Positions 10,900 to 22,700 of a stretch of DNA of 64,000 bases are shown piece after piece (position 1 is the first letter of the stretch; the number at the start of each line of letters is the position of its first letter). The notes beneath the pieces were generated by a model that saw nothing but the letters and a program-made list of their open reading frames with translations, searched no databases and was not told where the DNA came from. A program made the translations under genes and the position numbers. The DNA is taken from positions 38,752,001 to 38,816,000 of the forward strand of contig OZ249436.1 in NCBI GenBank assembly GCA_965235115.1, given 5' to 3'. The stretch comes from Laetmonice hystrix. Its lineage: Eukaryota.

Positions 10900-12295
10900 T
10901 AATTTTCCCGGGGTTATTTCCACAAAACGGAGGTTCTCTAAAAATAGGGTCATCCAAGAATTAATCCCTATTTTTCAATATCTTTTGTCAAGTCACACGG
11001 TCGGACCGTCACACCCTTTTCTGTGTGACGGTTTAATTTTTTTATTTTAAAGCCATATAATAGCGATGTAGGAAAATTTTAGCGATTTTCGATTGAGCAC
11101 ACCAGGGCCGCTTTCGCCCAATTCCAAGATGGCCGACGTGAGCGGGAAGTGACAGTGGATTATTGTTGATTTTCACTGAACTTCTTCATGAAAACGGCAA
11201 GACATGTTACAATGTGAAGACACTGCGTGATGACGGATACCTTATGTATGTATAAACTGTATAAACTGTGAGATGACAACCCAAGATTATCGAATGGAGG
11301 ACACTAAAAGGCTGATTTTTCTGCATTGTTGTGTGTTTTGACTCCTACAAAAAGCATAGAATTTCCCTTATTGGTCTGAGATGTCATGTCTTTTTAGCAT
11401 ATCTAACATGCAACAGTGAAATTACGTCTTAGTTATACTAAATAACGATAAAGAGATTACTTTTAAACGGAATCATATTTATTGACCAGAATATCTTTTA
11501 ACCGAAATTTGCATTTTTAATTTTCTTAATATTTTTTGCCAGATTTGGGTCAATTCATGATGTCTTACGTTCTGTGGACAAAGAACAACTTATAATAAGC
11601 AGGTTTTACCACAAAAATGCCTTTCAAATACCATTTTTAAAAACGGAGTGAAATATGTGACAGGATCACAATATTGTTGGAAAATAGTGATTTTTTCAAT
11701 ATCTAATGAGCCCCGATTGATCTCCCTTTTTTAAAGGTTAAGGTGGCCACATTAGTTTCTACACAAAAGGAATTTTCCAGGGGAATGGAGGTCCCCTCGA
11801 AATAAATATGACCAACCAAGAAATTTCCATTTTTTTGCAATATTCTACAATGTTTCTGCCAAATCATGATTCCTTTTGTCTCCAAATCACTGCTGAAGAA
11901 GTACAACTTATAATAAGCAGTTTTTATCACAAAAATGCCTTTCAAATGCCTTTTTTAAACGGAGTATATTTTAGAAAGTCACGCGACAGGATCACAATGT
12001 CATTTTTACAAAAAAAGTGATTTTTCCTTCTCTAGTGAACCCCAATTGATCTCTTTAAAAAAAAGGTTTAGGTGTCAACATTATTTTCTCCACAAAAATA
12101 ATTTTCCCGGGGATATCTCCACAAAACGGAGGTTCTTTCAAAATAGGGTTATCCAAGAATTCATCCCTATTTTTCATTATCTTTTGTCCAATCACACGGT
12201 CGGACCGTCACACCCGTTTTTTCTGTGACGGTTTTACTTTTTTCATTTTAAAGCCATATAATAGCAATTGTAGGAAAATTTTAGCGATTTTCTTA
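10900..12295. repeat. AT-rich repeat/TE remnant with internal direct duplications
   Basis: About 10900-11090 repeats at about 12100-12290, and about 11585-11790 repeats at about 11905-12110. Confidence 0.6.
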
Positions 12296-13702
12296 TATTA
12301 CTTCCTGCATGTTACCAAAGACGTGGATACCCATTTGCAATGTCCAATAGGGACAATACCAGCCTGTTACCTGCAGTACAACCGTAAAATCGTGATCAAT
12401 AGAAAGTGAAACATACCATGATTTCATCGCCATTGGCATTGGATTTGAACTGGAAGGAGTTCCCTCACGTGACTTTCTACGCAGTTCTTGATGACGCAGC
12501 CAAACAAGATGGTGTCCTCATCGTCCAGCGAGCCATATAGGCCTAGCGATCACCCGACAGAAGTAGATCTAACTCGTATTTTATATTACAACGATACACA
12601 TCTGTCGTATTCACATTATGTAGACAGGAGGGGGGACGAGGGTGATATTGTTTTGCCGTTGACAATCCCGCATGAGAGGGTTTCACTGTTTGCGATCTCC
12701 CGTTCTAAACTGGGCCCCAACGTTAGCTGTGGAGGCACCGAAGCATGCACCGCCGGCATTGTCAGCTGCTCGAAAGCTAAGACTTCTCGTAAATGCACCC
12801 AGCAATCACAAGCAGATCCTATATAAACTTGGGGTTTCGATCTATTCTGATCCCGAGCGAACTTCTTACGTTTTCTTACTGATTCAGTAAATTGTTGCAC
12901 ATTGACGCGGCATGATGTTTACGTTTGTTGAGAAATCTCTCTCAGTCCATGTGCACCCTGGGCGAGAGTGCCTGGCTCGAAGAGAAACTGTGTATGACGT
13001 CACATTTTCGTGAGTGGATGATTGTAACCACCCTACTGAAAAACGCGGCCAGCCGATCATGGGGTGCAGGTTTGCTCACCAAATTTCGCAAGAATCACAA
13101 GTAAATAGATGGCTTTTGTAACCATGTAACCACTGCAACGTCTTTACACAACATCTGTAAGACGTCCCAGAGACGTCTCAAATCCAATAAGACCGACCGA
13201 CCAAATCAAGACGTCCACAAGACGTTGTGAGGACGTCTTGTACCTGCTGGGTAACGCTTATCTTACCTTAACCCTAACCGAGGGGCGTACATCTAGGGTG
13301 GAGGGAGGGGAGGGGATTTTTGTCTTTGATCCCGCAGCCAATCAGAAGCCTCTAAATATTATTCCCTATTGCTATGTCGTTTGGGAAAAAAGTTCCGCGA
13401 CCTGCCCAGGCAGGTGGACGTTACTCGGCAGAACAGCGACTGAGAGCTGCCATCATACCGCCGGGCTCGCCCCATCCTGCCTGCCCTGTCGTACGGTTCT
13501 GGCGGCTGATGCTTAGGCTCAGGTGGGTTAGAGCCCATACAAAAAAGGCATAGATCTATTCACGGCTAAAACGGCTGTGGCAGGTGGTCACGCTCACTTT
13601 GTACTGAGTCCACCATTTTGACCTTGTCTACTTGAAGGGCTAATGTGAAGGCCGTCTTAGGAGGAAGCAATCTTTCATCCACCACTGGCTGACTGGCCCC
13701 AG

Positions 13703-13995
13703 CAGTGGCGGATCCAGGATTTATGAAGGGGGGGGGGGGGGGCGCCAGGTCATCCGCGAACAGATTTTTTTTTTAAATAGGCTTGATTTCCTGCAATAGG
13801 CCCTACAGTGCATTCGGAGGCATACATCAACTCTCAACATGCTCAAGAATCAAGAGTTTTTAAATAAGTATCAGTAGTTTTTAGGTTAAGTACAATTTTA
13901 TTAACTTATGTGACCAGAATAGGGGGCGCCACCTGCGCCACCTGCGCCACCTGCGCCACCTGCGCTACCTGCGCCCGCCCCCCGATCCGCCACTG
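13703..13995. mobile_element. hAT-like MITE (CAGTGGCGGATC TIR family)
   Basis: TIRs CAGTGGCGGATC / GATCCGCCACTG with poly-G/C subterminal tracts and an internal (GCGCCACCT)n run. Related elements at about 32611-32853, 51187-51356, 52320-52375 and 54772-55153. TSDs are not clean. Confidence 0.6.
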
Positions 13996-14252
13996 GCCCA
14001 GTCTACCAAAGTGATCGTTTTCGAGACTATTCTCGCTCATTTACATATCTAGGACACGAGACTTGCACTCCCATTCGGGAGCATATAAGTATTTCACGTT
14101 ACAATGCGCGATTCGACGAGAAATGCGGGTTAAAGGTTCAAACTGGGGACAGCTAAATTGATCCGGTTCGGGTCATTTAGCGTTAGTAGGTCCATTGAAC
14201 AAGCGTTCTCTGAACTTCAACCCATGATAACCGATACCACAGGACAGGCAAC

Positions 14253-17200
14253 ATGCTTCATGAAACACTCTCCACGCTCGCGGGAGGCTTGCTAATTACT
14301 TGGATTGTATGGACTGCAACACGCAGCTTTCGAAACAAGCTTTACAAGGCATGGCATGCTAAATTTATGAATTTATCCACTGACTGGTGGTACAACCCGG
14401 CAATGGGGTCAGTGAAAACGGTTCTATTCACTGATCTCTGCACAGCTGCCACAAGCGCTGCACAGCCATTGAAGGTGATCGAAGTCGGTACAGGAAATGG
14501 TGCAAACTTCAAATACCTTCCCACAAATTTAGATTTGATTTGTTATGAGCCAAACCCTCATTGCTGCCCTTACATACATAATAACGCCAAGCGCCATCTA
14601 CCTGGAGTGCCGGTGCGCGTCATCGAGGATGTGATCGGGGATCTGCCCAAGTTTTCTGACAACAGCGTAGACGCTGTCGTTTGTACCCTCGTGTTGTGCT
14701 CTGTGGAGGACCAGGCGCGTGTGATCGCCACCATCAAACGGGTTCTTAAACCGGTGAGTGTTCTGTTCCAGAATCAGTTATTGACAAGTAGGTCTAACTT
14801 AGTACCCAAAGAGAACACTAGCGTAAATTGCTCAGTTGAGCGGAAGGTATCCCATCTTTGGGGGGTTGTATGGACAGCAAATGATGATTTAAATAAGGTA
14901 GGTGTGCGTGATACTGTAGAATTACTGATACTGATACTACTACGGTTTTCGCAATGACGCAAAATAAATCGCATTAAGGCCCAGTCACACTAAAAGCCTA
15001 GGTCCCACTAGGAGATACGACAGATTACAGCAGGTTACGACCAGGCTGCGACTAAAACCCCTAGCAATCTTATAAAAGTCCTGCCACAAGTCCTGAGTGG
15101 TCCTCCATAATCGCATGATTTAAATCCATCGCAGGGAGGTTGTTGATCATGTGCAACAACCTGCCTGCGACTGAAGTAGTCGTATCCTCTCGCATCCTCT
15201 CGCATCCTCTCGCATCCTAGTCGTCAGTTGTCGTGCGATGGTATGAGAACAAATCTATGGTGGTCCTTCATTGTCGTGGGTGATAGTAAGAAACTGTTGT
15301 CGTAGGACGATTGTACGACTGTCCCTGACCACTGGTACGACCTGTCGTGCGACCAGACCTGATTGGACGACGAGCAGTCACAGAAGGTCGGCACATGTCT
15401 CACAATTGGTCGTGGCGAGTTGTGCGACAGGGCCTTATCACCCGTACGTGGTCTTGGGTAATCGTATCGGAGTCGGGCGATTAGTGGTGCTATCAGTCGG
15501 TAACAGGTCTCACGACTGGTCTTACAATGTGACCGGTACATTCAAATCGCAATAAATATGGACGACTACCCACGACCAGCCTTTGTCGCACGACTGAACT
15601 AATCGCAGGGAATCGCAGGTCCTAGTAGGACCTAGGATTTAGGGATAAGAGGGGTTACGTCGGGTTTATGAGTACCTACGATGAGCAAACGCAATAAATC
15701 GCCGTATATCTTAAAAAATTCGTGCGACAGGTCATGAGTGATCGTGGGAGGTCGGGAGGTGAAATTATGCGCGGATTCTGAACATGTTCAAAATCCAGTC
15801 TACGATTTTGAACATGTCTACGTTTTTTGTTTTTTGTTGATGTCTTAAGGCCGCGACACACTATACGACTTGCTGTCAGCGCATCTATCGCTTGACTTGT
15901 CATAGCAACAGGAAAATATTCAACATGTTGAATATTTGACGCTGCATTTGTCAGGCCATGTTACGACAACTCAAGCGAAAGAATTCCTAGCGACAGCCAG
16001 GACTCACTCGCCGACAACAGAAACGATAACTGTCGCTTGAGTTATCGGCTGAAAAAAATGTATAGTGTGTCGCGGCCTTTAGAAGGTCGTATCTTATCTT
16101 ACATAGTCGTGCGATGGTCCTGCGATTGTCGGGAGTGGTCGTACCTTATCGTGGCTGGTGACAGTCGCACAGTCATCACAAGACCATCGCACAACTTATC
16201 CTGCGACTAGTTGCTATTGCACAATTATTCCCACGCCTATCGCACGAGTAAACCTGACCATTCTTACGATTGTTCCTTGAAAACTTAGGTAATCTTAGAT
16301 AATCGTAGGTGATCGCACGCTTTGTCTGGATAATTGGTGCAACGGATCACAACATGGTCGCAAACTAATCTTTAGTGTGTGACCGCTATCTCATAATCGT
16401 AGAGCGATTCCACGACAGGCCCCCAATACCTCACGGTCCCCGATTACCCCTGCCTATCTTCCGATGGAAAATTCGTATGACTAGATGTGACTGGGGCTTT
16501 AGTGGAGTCAGAGATCGTACGATCATCGCAGAAGTTCTATACTGTCGCAGGATGCTGCGATGCTGTTGCGACATTATTTAATCAATTAAATATTATCGCA
16601 GTGCCTACAAGGGTCGTGCGACGGTGCTCACCGAAAGAAAATCTGTTTCCGCTATCAAAAGGCGGAGCGAGGTGACAACAGTCATGTGACGTGGTAATGT
16701 GACGGATCTGAAGGAAAAACCCTCCCTTCTGTGGGAGGAAAACAAGCCATTGTACGATGCCAACAACGAAGATTACCGCACCACTCTCAAAAAGGAGAAG
16801 CTCATCCGGAAATCCCATTAGTGCAGTCAGAAGGTCTACGACATCCCAGGATGTTGCAATAAATTAAAAGGTGCTCCTGAGTATAGTCTTTTGGGGTCAT
16901 TTTTCTGCATGTAAAGAGCATCGTACGACCATCGTAGAATGCTTGTATCAGTGGAATCGGCCATCGTACTTGCGTCGTGGGTACGTCGTACGACGATTTA
17001 CCGCACGATTTTTCCTGCGATGCAGCATCGCATCGCACGAACCATCGTAGGAAAAATCGCCTTAGTACGTGTGTACCATGTCTTCTTATGTGACTTGAAT
17101 TCATGTCCAATACTCTATTCACAGGGTGGCAAGTTCTACTTCTTGGAACATGTGGCCGCGGATAGGGACCGGTGGCTCCACCTGGTGCAACGCTTGCTGA

Positions 17201-17358
17201 ACGGCATCTGGAGACAGATGTTCGATGATTGCAATCTCACCAGACTGACATGGGAATCTATCCAGGACGCCGGTTTCACTGATGTAAACTTCCAATTTAT
17301 AGAAGCTCCAGTAGCCGCCCCCATGCGTCCGCATATTGTTGGCACTGCAACCAAATGA
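14253..17358 (+). CDS. METTL7: METTL7/TMT1-like thiol methyltransferase copy 3; exons 14253-14753 and 17125-17358; 244 aa
   Basis: Same structure as copy 2: ATG 14253, IEVGTGNGANF, VLKP then gtgagt at 14754, cacag acceptor 17120-17124, TGA 17356-17358. Confidence 0.92.
14978..16497. mobile_element. Harbinger-like non-autonomous element in the copy 3 intron (left part also in the copy 2 intron, about 9313-9990)
   Basis: taa|GGCCCAGTCACAC ... ATGTGACTGGGGC followed by TTA; interior rich in CGA/TCG motifs. Confidence 0.72.
15848..16078. mobile_element. Nested Harbinger-like MITE
   Basis: Perfect 19-bp TIR AGGCCGCGACACACTATAC / GTATAGTGTGTCGCGGCCT, TTA TSD at 15845-15847 and 16079-16081. Confidence 0.88.
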
Positions 17359-17496
17359 CCTGACTGTAAATGATATCTTCTCTTCCGTTTTGCCACTCTC
17401 TTTTAAAGTTAAACTGGCGTGGGACGGTCACCTCTGGTGGCCGAGAACGGTACTCTGCTTAAATACGTTGACTGAAACCTATGCATGGTCTCTTAA

Positions 17497-18028
17497 AGGG
17501 AAATGTGAGTGTTCGACGGAATTTGATTGACCACTAGAATTTTCAAAATATTTTTATGGGGGATAGCCTTTGTCCTTAGGAGTACAAAGAAACAAAAGAA
17601 ATCATATGTCACCGAATTAGATTTTTTTATACAGGCCTCCGTAAAAAATGGGTCTTTACTATAGGTTTGAATGGGAAAAACAGGATTTTTCCGACATTTT
17701 GACTAATAGTTAAAAAATGACCACCAATTTTTTCCTGAAACTTTGTGACAAGATAAAGTGGATCAGGACTAATAGTTTAAAACAAAAAAAATTGGGGGTC
17801 ACCAAATTTAAAAAAAAAGTTACAGCCTGCCAAACAGTCAGTGCCTTGGTAAAACACGGGTCTTAACTATAGCATTCAATGGAGTAGACAGGTTCTGGCA
17901 CACAGTTTGGTTCATGGTTTTAAAAAATACTACAGATTTCCACATCAAACTAGTTGACTGCATAAATAAGCCAAACATTTTTCTGTTAAAGCTCACTACG
18001 TGGCGCTTTGAATACTCACATTTCCCCA
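17497..18028. mobile_element. Kolobok-like MITE
   Basis: ttaa|AGGGAAATGTGAGTGTTC at the left and GAATACTCACATTTCCCC at the right. The right TTAA is missing. Confidence 0.5.
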
Positions 18029-18524
18029 GTGGTACCAACGCGACTCACTAGGTGGCGCAGGAACCCTTACCGTATTATATAGATTAGGTCTATGCTTTTT
18101 ACACATCAGTTTTGGATGTAGCGAGTCCCATCCTTTGTCAAATGCGGAAGGTAGCCACCTTTTCCACCCTCGGCGCCATGAGGTAAAGCATAGGGTTGTT
18201 TGAAAATAAAGAAAGCATAGGTACATGTGGACATGGAAGAGTGATGTGCACCAGTGGTCCTGAACGCGTTGCGATAATCTGACTTTATTTTCCGTTACGT
18301 AATTATGAATGGCGTAACGTTCGATGGTTAACATACTCGAGCTTTATCGTTCTTATCGCATTCCTTGGTAAAATTTCATGGAATCTTTTCTCTGTTCTAA
18401 TAATGAGTGTTACGTAGCACTTAATTAAATTGGAATCATATAAAAGCAAATTATACCTTCTCTAGCGTATGAAAACTAAAGGCGTAGGTCTAATAAATGA
18501 GATAATTAACAAACAATTATTCTA

Positions 18525-18590
18525 TTTTTCTGTCTCTTTGTCTCTGTGTCTGTGTCTCTGTCTGTCTTTTTTTGTCTGTCTGTATGTCGT

Positions 18591-18681
<91 letters not shown>
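18525..18681. repeat. (CT)n/(CTGT)n microsatellite
   Basis: Directly visible; explains the spurious ER/SL-repeat ORFs. Confidence 0.95.
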
Positions 18682-18684
<3 letters not shown>

Positions 18685-19722
18685 AAGTTCAACAAGTCCA
18701 GTCTTACCATGCACGATCACCTATCAGGTTAACTGCAGCGATATTTGACATGAGGGGCACGGGAGGATCAACGTTGTCTTAACATACGCTCTCTCCAACT
18801 GACATTGAGTACAGGCCCAGGGCGTGAGTTATAACCTGGGAGCCGTTGGTGGTGGTAGTGGTGGTGGGGGGGGGGGGCTCTAGAAAACACACTCCATGGT
18901 GGTGTGGGCCTGCCACTTCCCGCCCCACGTCCCGAACTTACCCCATCACAGCTGTGGCAGCTGCAGCCGCCAATGCCCTGAAGCATGTACAGCAGTGTGC
19001 CCCCTTCGCCCCCCCCCCCCCCCCGCACCTTGTATGACTGCCGTCTCATAGAGACTGCATAGATACTGTGGCCCAGAAGTACATGTATTTCGTTCCGCTG
19101 GCAGCATCCCGCTTTTATGTACTAATTAAATTTCACTTCTTTGGTTAGTTTTCTAGCAGGTTATCCTTCTCTGGACGAGCAGGCTCTCTAAATATTTCTT
19201 GTCATGTGAAGGTGCATCGCCCCAAATCGAGTTTCCTTTTGTAAAATGGATACGTTTCTCCCATTCAGTTGGATTTCTTTGACCGATTTGTTCATCGCCG
19301 TTTAAATGGCTCTTATACCTGTAAAAATGCTAAAACACTTGACTGCTACCGGAGTTGCATATGGCAGCTAAAGGGGTATTTTATTTCAATAAGGATAGAT
19401 TGTGTACTTTCGGGCCACAGTAGCAGAGCTGGCCGCCACAGACCTCCAGTACGCCGTCGGCCGGGAGGTGGCTGACTGGAGCAAACATTGCCTCACGTGA
19501 CCGAGAACGCAGTCAGAGGCAGCGTCATGGCGTAACAAACTTTGTCGACCTTACCAACTGAGATCATAGCAGGAAAACAGAGCAAGCATGAGATGTTTAT
19601 CACAGAAACGGCAGTGACAAACGGGCGAGAACACTGATGCATTGGGCGTGGACGAAGCACTGGAAAATGGACTATAGCCGTTGATCGGCACCCTGGAATG
19701 CACCTTTCGTCCTTATGCATCC

Positions 19723-22700
19723 ATGAATAGAACCGGGGCAATGGGTACACGGCGCCAACCCTTCACCAACAATCACAACCATATCGGAATTATCAGGGAG
19801 AACCCAGAATGTAATATTGCCATTCTCGGTGCTCTGGGAGTTGGAAAGTCCGGTAAGTAAATGTACTTTCATCGATCGTGCTCCCCTTGCTCTCATCGTG
19901 CAAGGTCAATTATAAAAACACCATCTTAACGTGAATTACATCAAACCAAATCCCGACGTAATTATACAGACATACAAATACCTTTCATACACCATCACGG
20001 AGTGAAAGATTGATAGTGTCCCCCGCTTTTAAACACTTCCGACGTCCCTGTACATACATCCCTCTCCTGTTCACGACCAGAAATCGGACTTGGAAAACGT
20101 CCGATATCACTCACTCCTAATAAAAGGTTCTCAGACTCAGAGTTCATCCAAAGAACATGCCGTTATATAGTTGTAGACGATACACAATTCAACGTCTCCA
20201 GCTGGGATACGTTATGGCTCCCCCGGGGGGAGGGGGTGGGGTGCAGGGGGAATGAACTGTCTGCCTTTGGGTGATTATACAAATGCTGTACCCATGCAGT
20301 TGCTGTCTGGTAGAGGCGTTTCCCCCTTGACATGATTATACCTTGTTATCAGGATGTAAACAACTATATTTGACGCGAGATGCAGAGGGTGCATGGTCTA
20401 GAGGGGTGGGCCTCTTTTTATGTCAGTGGGATTTTTGTTTGTTTCTATTTTGTTAGTTTGTGTAGGCCTATATATTTATATTGTACTTTATAGGTCACAC
20501 ACTTCACACCGCTTGGGCCCTTTTTGGGGCATTTTCCCTGTTGGACCGGATGGTAGCGCTAGACTTGAAAGAATCAGAGGGATGGGGACGGAGGGGGGGG
20601 GGGGGCAGAAAGTCAGGGCCAAAGGCGTAGATAAAAAAGGGTCCAAATCAAATCCCCCAACGCCACCGCCACTAAAATTCCAAATTAGGGATCAATAATT
20701 CCTAGAAGACGCGTGCTCCTTCAGGAATGCCATGACGGCGAGATAGTTTAGAAAGTTTTAAATACACAGACTCGAAAGGTTTCCAACTCACTGGAACGAT
20801 GATAACAGATGACCTGTATGTGGACAGATGACATAATACTGGCCTGGTTTGATAACAGACAAGCGAGGCAAATCACCGTTTAGTAGATCTACTTGATAAC
20901 AGAAAGTAGGGGTGGTCAGTGATGTACACAGCATCGGTATACAGGGGAGAACGGGGGTAAGGCGGTACATTTCATGATTTTCCGTCTCCTTAGATCCATT
21001 TTCCGTTTGCCTTTAGGCTTTCTAGAATATCTGGAAAACGTAGAAAAGTCAAAGACTTCTAAAAGGGGGCGGTGCATGCGCCATCCCTTTTTCATAGTGA
21101 TCACGGTTTATTAGATAAATATGAATGTGTTATTAGCTGAAAATGAAGTGAAATATCTACTTAAACATCCTGATGCTATTCACATTATATTCTCTGACAA
21201 GTCGAGCTATTTTACAACCAGAGAACATGTTTTCGTACTATGTTATCGGCAAGGCGCGGATGGTGGATGACGGCTTTGTAAACGACCTATGGGTTATGGC
21301 TATATTTTTCAGTCAGCACTGTAATCCAAAACACCCACGTTCGAAGATAAAACATTCCCGTGTTTCTCCGAACTCTATCCCATTGCCTTTGAAACATTCA
21401 CGTCTAGAAAAGATAACTATCCCTCATGTAAACTTAAGTCACCCGTGACGGCGGGGGGCGGTCGACTCGCGGAAAACGCCCAGTCTGCTTAGGCTCTGGG
21501 CCGACAGGCGGTGAGAGGGCAGGGCCGTTAGCCTGGCCGAAAATCCCAGTGTCCCCTGAACATTAACAAGAGAGGATAACGCGTCATTGCGCCGGTCGAG
21601 CTGGGGTCTGGGCAAAAAATTGGAAATCGGGGAGGGGGCAGTTGCCCCCCTTGCCAACCCCATCGATTTTATGATTCTCAGTTGGCATGCAGTGGCAATA
21701 ACTATGTTGCAGATAGATGAAGTAATGATAATTTTGAATGAGTATAGCATTATCTTCAGCGCAGTACTGTTATTATAATTGGTAGGTGGGCACACAATCT
21801 GAGCAAATGTCACTGTTAGAACTGTCGAGCCATATTCCAAGCTGTTATTTGTCATGGTGTACAGCTGGGATTCCTACCTCAGGTCAAACTTTCCCACCAG
21901 ACACAGTCAAACAAATCGGTGCGTGGCGTTTCATTGGAATACAGCACATCCTGTTTGAGCATGCGCCGGCAATCTTTCAAAAGAAAAAAATGACAAAAAC
22001 AGTGCCACTTTTTCCTGCCAACTATTTCCCTCTCAATGCATTTGTATCTAGGGCAGAGAGGTTCTCCATTTGTATCAGAGCAGACGAAATAGTATACCTC
22101 AACGTCGATTGAACCGACGTTTTTATCCATGTCTCTGAGTTTCGGCCTATATTATAGTGAAAGTAGAAAGATGGCATATAGTGGCGCTGAACATATTAAT
22201 ATTTTAGTGCGTCGTGTGTCTTATCATTAGTGCTCAATCCAACCAGTGAACAAAACCTGTGTTTATACTTTAACCAACACCTAAACATGACGGCGCGTAA
22301 TCTGAGTTCCTGTTTGTGTCCAACGTAATGTTCTTCCATTGTTTTGTTTTTTATGTTGTACAGCATTGACTGTAAAGTACATCACGCGGCGGTTCATCAT
22401 GGAATATGACCCGGCGCTGGGTGAGTATACATAACATATTCCATTATTAACCACACTAGGTGAGTATACTCTAGCCAGACCCAATAACATATTCCATAGG
22501 CCTATATCTGGATGGCAATATCTCTACCAATTTTAATGGAAATTCTTTTCAGATCTATCATTATCCCTTGCCCAAAAACTCACCCTAACCAATTGCTTTT
22601 TGACCCTATGCCTCCTCTAAACCTTATTCCTTTCCTTACACCTGCCCCTGCCCCTAGCCCCTATTTCCATTTCGTGGTAATATTATCATGAGGGAACAAT

